Positions 12,448-25,876 of a DNA stretch of 64,000 bases are shown piece after piece. The number at the start of each line of letters is the position of its first letter. Position 1 is the stretch's first letter. The DNA is from Okamejei kenojei (taxonomy: Eukaryota). The position numbers and the translations under genes were made by a program. The notes under the pieces were generated by a model, which saw only the letters and a program-made list of their open reading frames with translations, did no database searches and was not told where the DNA came from. Location of the stretch: assembly GCA_035221665.1 (NCBI GenBank), contig CM069134.1, positions 25,110,001 through 25,174,000 of the forward strand. The letters are read 5' to 3'.

Positions 12448-13144
12448 TAATATTAGGATTGAATCAGGGTAGCTGTGCTGAGACAATCACTCTACTAATT
12501 GGCCCACTGTACAGCCCATAAAGGTCTCAAGAAAGGTTCTGTATCACCATACCCCAGTGAAATGTAAGGAATTTTTTAAATATTCAATACAAACGGACAA
12601 TTTCTTTCTAAAAAATTTGAAATTGTGAAGTTTTTTCATTAAAAAAGCACCGAAAATAACTTTCACAATTCAATCTCGTTGAACAGAAAACTAAACTAAA
12701 TCTTAGACTTAAAGGCAACAAAAAAAAATGTCAATGTATACAGCACCACTGGACACCATTAAGCAGGTTCAGCGAGCCATTGAATAATCTGATGAGACGC
12801 TAGAACAAAAGCTCCACAAATTGAAGATATGGAAGTCAAAATCTCAGCTGATGACAAAGATTTTAATTGCATATACCATTAAATGAGGCTTGAATCTTTA
12901 CTGAGTCAGATACCTACAGTACAATTTTGATTTCCCCTGCAATGTTAAATAAATGCTTTCCACCAAGTGGAAAAAACTAAAGAAAATATGCCCACATTTA
13001 TGAGAAATAGAAAAATACACCCAATTCCCTGCATTTGGCTTTGAGGGATATAACGATTCGATTATTTGCGAGTTTGTCCTCTGGCAATGAGGAAAGGAAA
13101 GCAGAACAGTGTGCAAGTGTAAAAGTAATTTAGTTGAAACTGAC

Positions 13145-13259
13145 CTGGCGTCTCCTCGACCCTTCTCTGCAACTCTGTCTCCACCTGGTCCAGAACATTT
13201 TCCAGCTCACATAATATTTTTTTCAGGTAGTTTAGATTATCGTGATCCCGTATTTTAGA
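13145..13259 (-). CDS. GDAP1: GDAP1 coding exon 5 (115 nt)
   Basis: SKIRDHDNLNYLKKILCELENVLDQVETELQRRVEETP, bounded by ttcatcag and gtcagt. Not in the ORF track; read manually. Confidence 0.96.
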
Positions 13260-14050
13260 CTGATGAAATAAAAATGTATTAAAACTGAGTCAATTTAAAT
13301 TACATATAGGAGAAAAAAGATTACTCTTTTTTTTAACATCATACAGAGAATAGATTCTGGCAAAGAAATCAAATTAAATGAAAATCAGCAGTATTGCTTA
13401 TGCTGAAGCAGCAAATAATGTGGCATTTTCAGTGAGCATAGTATCTGCTTCTCAGCCTTCTTTCTGCGATTTTACCTTTCCTATTTCCCAGAGAAAGAAT
13501 GCTAGCAGGTGAATGCACACCAACTATTAAATAACTGACAGAACAGATTAAATATAGTAAGAATATTTGAATAAGAGTCATTGTCATTGACCTACACCAT
13601 TTTTGAACACTCAGGCAGATAGATGTTTAACAGAACCAAGGAGTTTTGATACCAAAAAAAAAAAAGAGGTCCCAAATAATTCTAAATTACAAAACATTAG
13701 CATTATCACATAAATATTTCACAGGAAAAAGAAAAGTAATTTTGAAAAGCAGATTTCCTCACTACAGAATAACAAGCAAGAATATGCAATGCAATTTGGT
13801 AAACTGTAGCAAGGTGAGATGAATCACCCAAACCTGGATTAGTTCATGGTTTTACTCAGGTCCACAATTCAACATTTACATTTTTTGGTAATTGTTTTCC
13901 ATTGTTCATATATTTCAAAGTGAAGCTGAAGCTAAGACTATTTGGGATGCTACTAGTTTTATCCTAAGCAGACAATGAAAACATATTTATGGCAATGTGC
14001 ATAATACAAAAATGTCCAAGATTCATTAACTGCGTTATAAAAACTTTTAC

Positions 14051-14145
14051 CTTGATTTGTTTTTGTTTTGTTAAATATGCTTCACTCAGTTCTGGATGTT
14101 CCTGAGCAAGCTTCTTTAATTCAGATTCTGTGTTTGCAATTTGGC
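14051..14145 (-). CDS. GDAP1: GDAP1 coding exon 4 (95 nt)
   Basis: (S)QIANTESELKKLAQEHPELSEAYLTKQKQIK, bounded by tttacag and gtaaaa. Confidence 0.96.
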
Positions 14146-15649
14146 CTGTAAACAAATAACACTGTCATTTAGATTTCAAAAAGATTGATAGGTAATCTCC
14201 ATTCCACTCACACAGTGGCTGAACATACGCTTGAGTATCTTCACCTGACCTTTCACTTAACCAAATTACATTTTCAGAACTGAAACGTTTTCAGATAGGC
14301 TGAGGGTAGTGACAAGACAAGCAGTGTGGAGGTGACCAAGTAGCTCCCCTGTCAGTCAAGCTTAGGAATAACACAACTGCAAGTTACTTAAATATTATCT
14401 AATAATCTTTCATTCGTATATTTTCAGGAAATATCACCATGCTTTTGCAATTTGTTTCTTCTGCTCTTAGTAAACAGACTTTCGATGCTGCACAACAGAC
14501 TCTATGCCAAGTCATACACCCTACCCCACTCTCAACTCATTGTATTGAAAGCCTGCGTCAGCCAATGGAATAGCAGAATCATCACCTGAAACAGTTCACA
14601 CCCACATTATGCTTCCTGACATGTTCTATTATCATCATCCTTTTGTCTGCTATCGACCAATTTGTCATCTAATCTGGTTTCTTTTACCCTATCACACAGA
14701 TCTTCACTTTGCTCGACACCACTACTCGTTTAGCACCGTAAAATATTGTTTTTCCCTGAGATGCCACCAGACTAGAGTATTTTCAACATTCTCTTTTTTA
14801 TTTAAAAATCCCACTGGTAAAGTGGAGATTTCTACAATGTGCTCCATGTTCCCTTCCAAATGAGATGGCATATAATAATTAGTAATAGGACTTCACCTAC
14901 AAGGCATGGGTAACAACTTGTATTTTTATAGCATCTGAAACATGCAGGAGAACTGTCATAAAGTGGAACACCAAGCACAAACTGGACATTTTTATAAAGG
15001 AACAGAGCTTGAGAGATTTAGAGGGGGGAATGCTACATGGGTCTAGCAATTGAAACGATGGCCAACAATCATGGGATATAGAAATCATGCACATACAAAA
15101 GCTCATAGGTGAAGGACACAGTGATCCCAGGGATGAAGTCAGAAGATATTAAAAAAAAAAGCCAGGGAGCTACATGAAAGCAAGGATGATAATTTTAAAC
15201 TGTAGGCATTGTAGGACCATGGGCCAATGTAATCAATAACTGAAAGCGATGGATTAATAGACTTGGAATAAACCAGGAAATGTGAAGTAGAGTTTTGAAT
15301 TAGCTGAAGTATGTGGAAAGTGGAGAAAGAAAAAGTCATGAGATGATTGAATCATGACACAACAAAGGACACGGATGTGAATTTAGGCAGTCAATGGCCT
15401 AAAGCAGCAATAGGAATATGATAGCAGGGAGTTTAGAGAGGGAACATCATATGGCATTCGCATTTTAAACCAACGATGTAACAATCTTATCAGCTCCATT
15501 CAGGAGCAAATAGTTGAAGCATCAAGTGGTACATAATCATTACGTTTAAGTGATCTTATAAAACATGCAGCATCCCTGGAGAACATGGATAGGTGACATT
15601 TTGGGTCAGGAGCCATCTTCAAACCCTGCCCAAGACCATAAGAAATTGC

Positions 15650-16140
15650 AGATAATTGTGAATGTAGCCAAGACCAACCCACAATCTAGCCTCCCCCTAT
15701 CAATTCTACTTACAGTTCATATTGCTTCATGAAAGCAGTTAACATAATCAAGGATCATCAAAACCCCAGTTATTCCCCCCTTTCCAGTCAGGCAGAAGAT
15801 GCAAAAGTTTGAAACTACGTACCATCAGATACAGGAACAGCCTCTTTCTTATCAGACTACTTTAAAGTCCTCTCAAAAGCTAAGGGTATAGTACCTATCT
15901 TGCAACCAACCTCATTGTAGCCCTTGCATTGTTTTAAATCTGCACTTTTTCTGTAACTGTAACGCATAACACTGCAACACTATTCTGCAATCTGATATTT
16001 TTTTTCTTTTTGCACCTATGTGGTGTACTTGGTGTGGCAGTGGCTTGATTACACTCATGTATAGTATGATTTGACTGGATAGCCTGCAAACAAAGTTTTT
16101 CAATGTATATCAATGCACATGACAATAATAACCCAATACC
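15650..16140 (+). mobile_element. Rex1/Babar-like LINE 3' fragment
   Basis: Homologous to the minus-strand copy at 58324-58790 (decayed HSLFSPLPSGRRY-like segment and the same 3' UTR). Boundaries approximate. Confidence 0.6.
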
Positions 16141-16644
16141 AAAGTAAATAAATAGTCAACTATTAAAATTGTATACAAACATGGAAATGTAGGTCTGAAT
16201 AATAAACTATTTAGTACATTAAAAATAACTTTAGCTGTAACATTGAATTCAGACTTCAGTTTCACCATGCTGCCCTCTACTGGCGGTCTATGGTGGACAC
16301 TAGCTGTTTAAGTAATATATTTTACAGGGTTTTATTTTGAAAATAATATAGGTACCAAACTGGCTATTTATCACAAGCAACATCCAAAGAGATAATACAC
16401 AATCAGCAGGATAACATACGACTAAATTTGAGTATTCAGAGTACTCCATCTGGGTCTACTTTAGGTTGACAAAAATGCTGGAGAAACTCAGCGGGTGAGG
16501 CAGCATCTATGGAGCGAAGGAATAGGTGACGCTTCGGGTCAAGACCTTTCTTCAGACTTTAGTTTCCTTTTCTCCTCAACCAATGCAACATTGTTTGCAA
16601 CTAATATTGATTAAGTGCATAAAATTACATAATCTAGTGTTGTA

Positions 16645-17180
16645 GGGTGGCGCGTAAGTGGCAGCCTCGCCAACAGCCTGTCTCGTCCCGTTCTTCCCTT
16701 GTTGTTTTTAGTCTGTTTTATTTGTATATTTTAATGTATCTTTAGTTTTTGTATTATGTGGGGGGTGGGGGTTTGGGGGAAACTTTTTTTAATCTTTCTT
16801 CGACGGACACTCTGAGGGATTGCCGTGAGTGCAGTGATCTCAGTGTTTGCGGGGACATCGTGCCATAAGAACATCCTGGAGTCTGGTACGAGTGTGGACA
16901 GCTTTCTGACTGTTCGGGTGGGCAGTGACAGCAGAGAGTGTGACAGCGGTTGGTACAACTGTTCACATCACGGTGAAGGAACGCGTGTGTGGCCCAGACA
17001 TTAAACTGATGACTGTGGGTCTCCACTTATGCTGTTGTCTCTAGGGATTCTCACACACCGCTGTGGTGGCTGTTTATGTTTAATCTTCATGTAGTTTTGT
17101 ATCTTGTTGCTTTTTTGGTATGACTGTATGGTAAATCGAATTTCACTGCACATGGCAATAAAGGACCATTGAACTATTAA
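16645..17180 (+). mobile_element. Non-autonomous retroelement (SINE-like)
   Basis: The 5' head (GGTGGC..GGCAGCCTC..TGTATTATGTGGGGG..GAAACTTTTT) is shared with the minus-strand element ending at ~31415. The body is CpG-rich and there is an AATAAA near the 3' end. Confidence 0.55.
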
Positions 17181-17327
17181 AATGCCTAGCTCCAATTTAC
17201 ATCCAAAATGCAGCCACATGTTAAAATGTGCAACTTTCCTAAGCAAGCTTCTGTGAAACAAAAATAATTATCACTCCTTGTTTAAAATATCTTTACCTTC
17301 AAGTTATTTTAGTTGAGGGCAATGCAT

Positions 17328-17399
17328 TAAATTATATAGTTCTGTTTGGGTTTTAGACAAGTAAATTATATAGTTCTGTTTGGGTTTTAGACAAGTAAA
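17328..17399. repeat. Perfect 34-bp tandem duplication in GDAP1 intron 3
   Basis: TAAATTATATAGTTCTGTTTGGGTTTTAGACAAG x2, followed by TAAA. Confidence 0.95.
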
Positions 17400-17527
17400 C
17401 TAATGCAAATAGTAATCAACATCTGGATTTCAACAACAAATATTGTCAAACTTAAATTTGTAAATTGTCTTCCATTTAGTTTTAAAAGGAAATTTGGTAA
17501 CCAACTATGTTGGTAAATTCCACTTAC

Positions 17528-17701
17528 TGCGAATTCGAGTGGTTGCATATGCAGGAATCATGGAATCCAGAGTTAACTCTGGGTGAAGAATACAGCCATG
17601 CGTGTAGGCATCCATAGGGAGAGAATCTAACAATTCTCTGTAATGTTGTACTCTTGGAAAGTACAAACTTCCTTCTTCTGGCATCAATTTGGGGATGTTT
17701 G
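17528..17701 (-). CDS. GDAP1: GDAP1 coding exon 3 (174 nt)
   Basis: (A)NIPKLMPEEGSLYFPRVQHYRELLDSLPMDAYTHGCILHPELTLDSMIPAYATTRIR, bounded by ccttcag and gtaagt. Confidence 0.97.
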
Positions 17702-18719
17702 CTGAAGGTACAAACATACAAAGTCGATCCACGCTCATTAAAGAAAGCAATGAGATATGGAAAGTGGAATACATTTACAGTTAATTTATTTCAAAAGGCT
17801 TGGCCTTTCTCTATCAGAGATTGCTGGCAAGAATTACATAACACTTAAACACAGAACATTCAACAAGAGCATCTTAGGTTTTTAATTTTTTCTGAATTAA
17901 AAAGAATTGAAGACAAAATGCAGCTGGAATTTCACTCTAATTAGTTCATTACGCCTTTTTAATTTTGAGATCTAATATCCTAGTGTGACTACAAATATAA
18001 ATTTATTTGACACGGAGAAGGCATATAATTCTAAATAACATTGAATCTGAATCACATATTACGCTAAAACAGAACAAGCATTAAAATTACCTCAGGAACT
18101 GGAGTCTGCTAGGTCTACACATTCTACAATTGTTGAAATTATATCTATGATTTGATGCAACAAAGGAATAACTGTAAAGGAAAAGAAAAAGAAAAATATG
18201 CACATTTGTTCAAACAAAATCAAACTGGATTCAAAAATTCTTAACTTGAAATGAAAATATGAAATGTAAAAATAGTCAAATCTTAACTTAAAAATACACG
18301 TTGCTAACATGTAAAAGTATGCATATGAAAGGCACATGTTCTTTTTGAAAAGTGAAAGAGTTAGCAATCAAGGTGCCAGAAATGTGTCTGGACCAACATA
18401 AACCATTCACAAGAATATAATCTCATACTTAAAAAGGGATCCGAATAGTTTTATAATTTAATGACAATATAGTAAAAAAAGATTTTAATGTACTTTGCTG
18501 TACAAGGTAATTGTATAGAAAGGCACAGATGTCCCAATCCGATGCCATTTCATAGAAGCACAAACACTTATGGCACCAGAAGCCTGCATTCCACTTACCT
18601 AGTCCACATCAACCAAAACTGAGCAATTTATTCCCACTTCCCAGTCTTGTAAATAATGACTCAAGTGCTCTGATACCTTCTGATGCAATGATTTCTGCTT
18701 CTATCATTCTTTCAGAATT

Positions 18720-19395
18720 CTAGGTCATAAAGTTATACGGCGTGGAAACAGGCCCCTCAGCCCAATTTGCCCACACCAACCTATGTCCTATCCACACTGG
18801 TCCCACCTGCCTGCATTTGGCCCATATCCCTCCACACCTGCACTATCCATGCATCTGACTAATTGTTTCTTAAATGTTGCAATAGTCCTTGCCTCAACTT
18901 CATCCTTTGGCAGCTCGTTCCATCCGCCCACCGCCCTTAGTGTGGAAAAAGTTACCCTTCAGATTCTTATTAAATCTTTCCCTCTTCACCTTAAATCTAT
19001 GTCCTCGGATTCTCGATTCCCCTACACTGGGCAAAGGATTATGTGCGTCTACCTACCCAATGTATTCCTCTCATGATTTTATACACCTATAATAAGATCA
19101 CCCCTCATCCTCTTGAGCTCCAAGGAATAGAGTCCCAGCCTGCTCAACCTCTCCCTATAGCTCGCACCCTTGAGTCCTGGCAACATCCTTGTAAATCCTC
19201 TCTGCACCCTTTCCAGCTTAACAACATCTTTCCTATAACATAGTGCCCAGAACTGAGCACAATACTCTAAACGCATCCTCACCAATATCTTATATAACTG
19301 CGACATGACCTCCCAACGTCTATACTCAATACTCTGACTGATGAAGGCCGATGTGCCAAAAAGCCTTTTTGGCCACCCTATCGACCTGTGCCACA
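18720..19395 (-). mobile_element. CR1 LINE 3' fragment
   Basis: AFISQSIEYR..LEYCAQFW..LERVQRGFTRMLPG..RMRGDLI, plus a CR1 3' UTR. Confidence 0.9.
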
Positions 19396-20678
19396 ACTCT
19401 GATTTTTTTTTTTCCAATGTTTGTTTATTCTTTCCATTACCTAATTTAAATGTATATCTGCTAGTTATCACCCGTGGACACAAGAAATAAAAGCTGGTGT
19501 TAGAATTGGCCCGATACCTGCCCAACTATTCCATAAGTACACCAATCATCACATCTCCATTATTCCCTGAATATTCAAAAATATATCGTTCTCTGAGTGT
19601 ACTCTCGTTTTGAATAGTTCACTACATTCATTACATTGAATAAAGAAATCTTTGTAAGTCTTAAATGAATAATCTCCTTATTTTGAAAATGTTAAAAAAA
19701 ATCCTACACCCACCAGCCAGGAAAGCATTATCCCTGCGTTACCCCTACATTACCCCGTCACACTCTGTGGGAGATCACCGCTCATTCTGCTAAATTCTCT
19801 AGAATATAGGCCTAATCTGCTCAATCGCTCATCATAGGCACTTCCACATGGCAAGGAAATGGGTACTTATAGCTTGATGAGATATTTCTAAACTCTTTTT
19901 TTTCCAACATCGTAAGATGAGATATGGTCCCCAATGAAAATGCAGGCAAATAAATGCCTTCAATTTAATATGGATGTCAAACTTCAGTTTGGGAACAATG
20001 AGAGGAGAATGTGATTTTGTTTTTACAGCAGAGGGTGCTGTACTTCACTTATGCTTGTGAACCAGGATTACTAACACTTTCACAAGGAAGCTCTGGAAAC
20101 TGAATCAAACCAAGTCAAATCATCAACTTAGGCCAAAAAACATTTAATGTTCTGGCATCAACACCAAGATGCAATATTTAATTTTAAAAGCGTTGAACCA
20201 CAGTTGGTGATGTCAATTATAAACTTATTTGTCATCGTATCTAGATTTTTATTTACCCCGATTCACATAAAACACAGGGTTCCTACAAACACTCAGCTTC
20301 TTAAGACATTACATACTTGAGCTGATTCTATAAGCAACGATTTCCTTCTAAAACCTGCGAGAGCTCCATAAATGACCTGATGCTACACGAGCAGGAAATA
20401 AAAATACACTTAATGACACTTGGGGTTGGTTCCAAACCCAATTAGTACAGCCTACTGACACTTTCAGTTTGAACTCATGAAAAATGAGCAAAATTATTAA
20501 TTCATGAAAAATACATCTTCAGGAAACTAGTGGTCTGTGGAGGAAACAGAGGAAGGAGTACTAGAAAGAAAATTATGCTTTCTTAATAAATTTCGAGTTT
20601 CAATTTAATTAAGCCTCCAAATCACATGTCCACATATACCCACAGGCACACACCCACAAGTATTTTCTTGAATATTAC

Positions 20679-20871
20679 CATCTTCAAATTTGTTCTCCAT
20701 GTAATCAATGATCTGAGTGGATTCACAGATAATGTTGTCTCCGTGTATTAATACAGGTACCTCTCCTGCTGGGTTCAAACGCATAAACCAAGGTTCGTTG
20801 TGCTCACTTAATGGTAGGTTGACATCATACTCCTCGCATTTTAGCCCTTTTTCAGCAATAACCAAACGAAC
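20679..20871 (-). CDS. GDAP1: GDAP1 coding exon 2 (193 nt, GST-N domain)
   Basis: VRLVIAEKGLKCEEYDVNLPLSEHNEPWFMRLNPAGEVPVLIHGDNIICESTQIIDYMENKFED, bounded by ttttcag and gtaata. Confidence 0.97.
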
Positions 20872-21194
20872 CTGAAAACAGTAAATAACCATCATCACTA
20901 CCACTTATTTTTAATCCTTTCAGATGGTACCTAGCAAAAGCATTGAATAGTCCATTGCTCCATAAATGTGCTTGATCTCAGCTTGCATTAATTGTATTTA
21001 TCATAGCCTGTGCTAAAGTGTACTAACTTACTATTTAAAAACATACTTTAGCAAAAAAAAAAAAATCAAGAAACCCAATGTCATACTACATGTCCTCAAA
21101 TTCTTTCCTCCAAGTAATTTGGCTTTATGACCATTAGTACACTACACATTTCCCCAATATTGTCCAAATCTTGATTCAACTGATGTCTTGTGGA

Positions 21195-21412
21195 AACAAG
21201 GATCTGCAGATGCTGGTTTGCAAAAAAAAGTCACTAGGTACTGGGGTGACTTAGCAGCTCAGGCTGCATCTCAGGAGAACATGGACAGGTGATATTTCAG
21301 GTAGGGTCCCTTATGATCCTATCTGAAGAAGGGACCTGACCCGAAAAGTCACCCAGCCATGCTTTCCAGAAACGCAGCCTGACCCACTGAATTGCTCCAG
21401 CATTTTGTCTTC
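21195..21412. repeat. Penelope-like terminal-repeat fragment in inverted (palindromic) arrangement
   Basis: AAGGA.CTGCAGATGCTGG head with inverted arms around CTGAAGAAGGG...CCCGAAA. The same family recurs at ~8600-8760, 16470-16557, 22852-22930, 28988-29150, 37910-38270, 51790-51930, 53800-53925 and 63567-63665. Confidence 0.65.
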
Positions 21413-22716
21413 AACTGCCTTTGATTGAATTTCTAACCACAAGAAAAGTGACATTGTATTATGCCACTAAACCTAAGCTATGTGAACTTGGTTCTTAATT
21501 CAAATGCACGCCCCACTCATTCCTCCAAGGCAGAATATCATCCTGCCCAGTTTATTTTCTTAAATTTCATTCAGTTTACTTGCAAGACCAACATTTACCA
21601 CCATCTATTTTCCTTGGAGATGAGGATCACAAAAACCCAGCAATCCATGTGAAGATACTCCCAGTGTTGCATGTTGCAACTTCCCAGAGCTTGATTCAAT
21701 AATGATTATAACATATCAATCTTTATAACAAAGTGCAATTTGGAAGGAATTTTGGTAGATTGCAATGATTAAATCTTCCTGTTGACATATTGTTTGAGTC
21801 AATGGAGGTCACAAACATTTTAGGACAGTTACTAAAAAAAACCCCGACAAGCTAAAGCACATTTTATAAAGGTGTACACTGTAGCTCTGGTGCACTCACA
21901 AGAGAAAGAGTACGAGTGAATGATTCAGATGGTGGATGGAGTGTCAATCAAACATATTACTTTTCTTGGATAGTGTCCAGCATCCAGTTTGTTGTCATTG
22001 CTCCACTCATCCAGAAAAGTGGAAAGTATTACATCACACACCTGACTTGTCTATTGCAACGAGTGGGTCGTCAAGTGAGGAACTTGACAGCATTACTGTC
22101 AGTACATTCTTACACTTTGCCAATGATAACATACTAACTGGAGCAAGAAATGACTTACTCATTCTCGGACAGGTCACACAATGTGCAAAATTTAGTTTAT
22201 CGGAACACTTGACAACAGTTATATCTAGTTCTGAAACAGTCTTCAGAATATTGTTGAATTGCAAATGTTGCCCTAAATTTCAATGATTTCTACAAAACTT
22301 TATCGATCAATGTTTGACTCCCAAGAATTGATAAAGCAAGCATTTTATATCAGATGTTCACAACAGAATTGCAGATTCCATTTTCTGCAGATCAATGAGG
22401 GATATGTCAAACCATTAGGTTACCGACTACAGTAAAACATTCCTGCCTTTAGTTGCTTGATCTATCAAAAACGACCCAATATGGCACTGTAATAGTGTCA
22501 CACAAAGCAAAAGAATAATTCCTGTCTTCTCCCGTGACCAAATACTTTAAGGGTAACCTTGAACTGCACGGAAGTCACTGAAAGTATTGTTAGAAGAGAA
22601 TTAAAAACAAGACTTACTGACCCCAAGAGAAGAAACAATGTTTTTACAATTTGTTTCACTTGACTAAATGAGGTGTTACATTTTGGGCGCATCAACATGG
22701 GCTCCCCATCTACACA

Positions 22717-23995
22717 GTGAATATTCTGGTGAGTGTTGTAGACCAGAGGGATCTAAGAGTACAGGTAAATGGTTCATTGAAAGTCACATCACAGGTAGAT
22801 AGGGTGGTCAAAAAAGCTTTTGGCACTTTGGCTTTTATCAGTCAGAGCATTGAGGAAGGGTTTCAGCCCGAATCGTTGCCTATCTCCTTTGCTCCTTAGA
22901 TGCTGCTGTTTCTCCAGCCTTTTGTGTACCCATTGAGTATAGAAGTTGGGAGGTTACATTGCAGTTGTATAAGACATTGGTGAGGCCACATTTAGAATAT
23001 TGTGTTTAGTTTTGGGAACCATGCTATAGGAGGTTTGCACGCAAGGTCACTGGGTCATAGGGCTTGACGCACAGAGCCGCTCAATCCATCTGGAGGACAA
23101 ACGTCACTTCTGGTACATGTTATTAATGCAAGAAACGCGTACTTTCCAACCTGTTAAAAACCGCCAAAATGTAGAATTTATGTGCTGTAAAAAATTGTGG
23201 ACGTCGGGGTAAGCGTGAGAGACATGTACCCAACTTCAGAATTCCAAAAGTGAAGCGAAATGAAGGTACTATATACCGTCATTTCTCCTCACTTTGGGAA
23301 TTCTGAAGTAGGCTAAATATCTCTCATGCTTATCCCGATTTCCATAATTATTTACAGCGCAAGAATTTACCATTTTGGCGGGTTTTAACAGGCCCGCTAC
23401 GCTGTAAGTGCTTACCTGCAGTTCATCACGTGTAATCCACTTGGGGAAGCATAGCAACAGCACGGGTCATGGGTCGTGACCCGACTGCCGTGAAACCTCC
23501 CTATAGGAAAGATTTAGTCAAGCTGGAATGGGTGCAGAGAAGATTGACAAGGATGTTGCCAGGACTCGAGGACCTGAGCTGTAGAGGTTGAGCAGGCTAG
23601 GACTCTAATCCTTGGAACACAGAAGGATGAAGGGTGATCTTTTAGAGGTGTACAAAATCATGAGAGGAATAGATCGGGTAGTCATACAGAATCTCTTGAC
23701 CAGAGTTGTGGAATCAAGAACCAGAGGACAGAGGTTTAAGGTGAGAGGGGATAGATTTAATAGAAACCGGAGGTGTAACTTTTTCCACACAAAGGGTGAT
23801 GAGTGTATGGAATGAGCTGCCAGAGGAGGCAGTTGAGCCAGGTACTATCGCAATGTTTAAGAAACATTTAGATATGTGCATGGATAGGACAGGTTTAGAG
23901 GGATATGGGCCATGTAGGTAGGTGGGACTAGAGTAGATTTGACGTGTTGGCTGGTGCAGGCTAGTTGGGCCAAAGAGCCTGGTTTTCACACTGTA
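22717..23995 (+). mobile_element. CR1 LINE 3' fragment interrupted by a Penelope-like fragment (22852-22930) and a DNA transposon (23028-23502)
   Basis: QRDLRVQV..QVDRVVKKAFGTLAFISQSIE, then RRMKGDLLEVYKIMRG..RTRGQRFKV. Confidence 0.88.
23028..23502. mobile_element. Non-autonomous ISL2EU/Harbinger-like DNA transposon with two inward-facing THAP N-termini
   Basis: TIRs AGGAGGTTTGCACG / CGTGAAACCTCCCT. Removing the element and one AT copy (23026-27 / 23503-04) restores the CR1 sequence GCTATAGGAAAG. The minus arm encodes MVNSCAVNNYGNR..YFRIPK; the plus arm encodes M*NLCAVKNCGRR..NFRIPK. Confidence 0.75.
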
Positions 23996-24221
23996 AGTCT
24001 GACTAATTTGCCAAACTCCATCATGTTGAATAATTTAACTGCATAAGCCAAACAGCAAAGCTACCACTTATTTTGATTTCAAATGCTCTAGATCTCAGTC
24101 AGCTGTCAGTATATTGTTGTAAAGATTTTCAATATCTCTGTACACTATAAATAGCTAGAAGTACAAAATCTTTACAATGTCCAAAAGAAAAATAGGAGGC
24201 ACATTTTAAGTGCACACAGAT

Positions 24222-24645
24222 TCACTGGGCCTGTACTTGCTGGAGTTTAGAAGAATGAGGGGGGACCTCATTGAAACGTACTGAATAATGAAAGGCCTGG
24301 ATGGAGTGGATGTGGAAAGGATGTTTCCACTAGTGGGAGAGTCTAGGACCAGAGGTCACAGCCCCAGGATTGAAGGACGTTCCTTTGGTTAGATGAGGAC
24401 GAATTTCTTTGGTCAGAAGGTGGTAAATATGTGTGATTCATTGCCACAGACAGCAGTGGAGGCTAAGTCATTGGATATGTTTAAGGCAGAGATAGATAGA
24501 TTGTTGATCAGTACGGGTGTCTGGGGTTACGGGGAGAAGGCAGGAGAATGGGGTTAGGAGAGGGAGATGATTGAATGGTGGAGTAAACTTGATGGGCCAA
24601 ATGGCCTAATTCTGCTCCTATTGCATTACTTATTATGACCTTATA
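24222..24645 (+). mobile_element. CR1 LINE 3' fragment
   Basis: CTGGAGTTTAGAAGAATGAGGGGGGACCTCATTGAAAC..AGGACCAGAGGTCACAG and a CR1 3' UTR. Confidence 0.85.
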
Positions 24646-25189
24646 AGTGTATCTACCACCACTTTAAATACTTCATGTGATAAGAGTAATACAGCATGGA
24701 AACTGGCCCTACTGCCCAATTTGTCCATGCCAGCCAAGATGCCTCATCGAAGCTAAAGAGTGCTAGCCTCCACAACTCTCTGGTACAGAATTCCAGAGAT
24801 TTACCACCCTCTATAATAGAAGATTTCTACATACTTCAGCTTTGGTGACTAGCCCTTTATCTTGACACTAAGTACCCCATTTAAGATTTTCCCACTAACA
24901 AAAACATTTTGACATCTAGTCTGTCGCATCCCCTTGTGCTGCAATAAGGTCACCCTGCACACTAAATTCTAAAAATACAGACCTAACCTGCTTAGCCCCT
25001 CTAGATTATACAATCCTCTCATTTCAGAAATTAGCCTGGTAAATCTCTTTAGGACTACCAGTGATGCTATATTTTTTTTTAATAAGGAGCTCAAACCAGT
25101 AATTGACTCATTAGAATTCCTCCCATGGAAATTCACCCATTACACAACGAGATTGTGCACAAGGGAAAATCAGGCATGATTAATTAGCG

Positions 25190-25680
25190 AAGATTTACAA
25201 GGATGTTTCAAGACTCAGGGGCTTGACCTATAGGGAAAGGTTGGATTTGCTAGGACTATTCATCCTAGGAGGATGAGGTTGAGGGGTGATCTTATCACAG
25301 GAGGTTGCGGGGTGATCTTATAGCTGTATAAAACATGAGGGAAATAGACAAAGTGAATGCACATAATCTTTTTCCAGGGTAAAGGGAATTGGAACAAGAG
25401 AACATAGATTTAAGGTGAGAGGGGATAGATTCAATAAGGACTTAAGAGGAGACCGTCTCCATCACAGGAGACAGACTATTGACCGACTTGTCTACTTTTA
25501 AGAGGATACTTTTTCTGCAGAGGGCATTGGCTATACGAGGAAGTAGTTGAGGCAAGTACAATAACAACATTTAAGAGACATGTGGACAGGTACATAGAAA
25601 GACAGAAATGGGCCATACGAGGGAAAATAGGACGAACTTTGCTGGGCCATAGCTGGCCCAAAGGGCACGTTTCAGTGTTG
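25190..25680 (+). mobile_element. Decayed CR1 LINE 3' fragment
   Basis: Similar to 23540-23995. Confidence 0.75.
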
Positions 25681-25774
25681 AATGTCCAATCTGGCGTGGA
25701 AACTGCAGGTAAAATCGTGATGAGCATCAACCCCAAATCCATCCAACTCAACCCTCACCTTCCCTCTTCCGTCC

Positions 25775-25876
25775 GCCCCGGCAGGGCGCTCCCTCCCTTC
25801 CCTCCGGCCCCGGCAGGGCGCTCCCTCCCTCCCTTCCCTCCGGCCCCGGCAGGGCGCTCCCTCCCTCCCTCCGGCC
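25775..25876. repeat. GC-rich minisatellite (3 units of ~32-36 bp) at the start of GDAP1 intron 1
   Basis: GCCCCGGCAGGGCGCTCCCTCCCT(CCCT)TCCCTCCG repeated three times. Confidence 0.9.
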
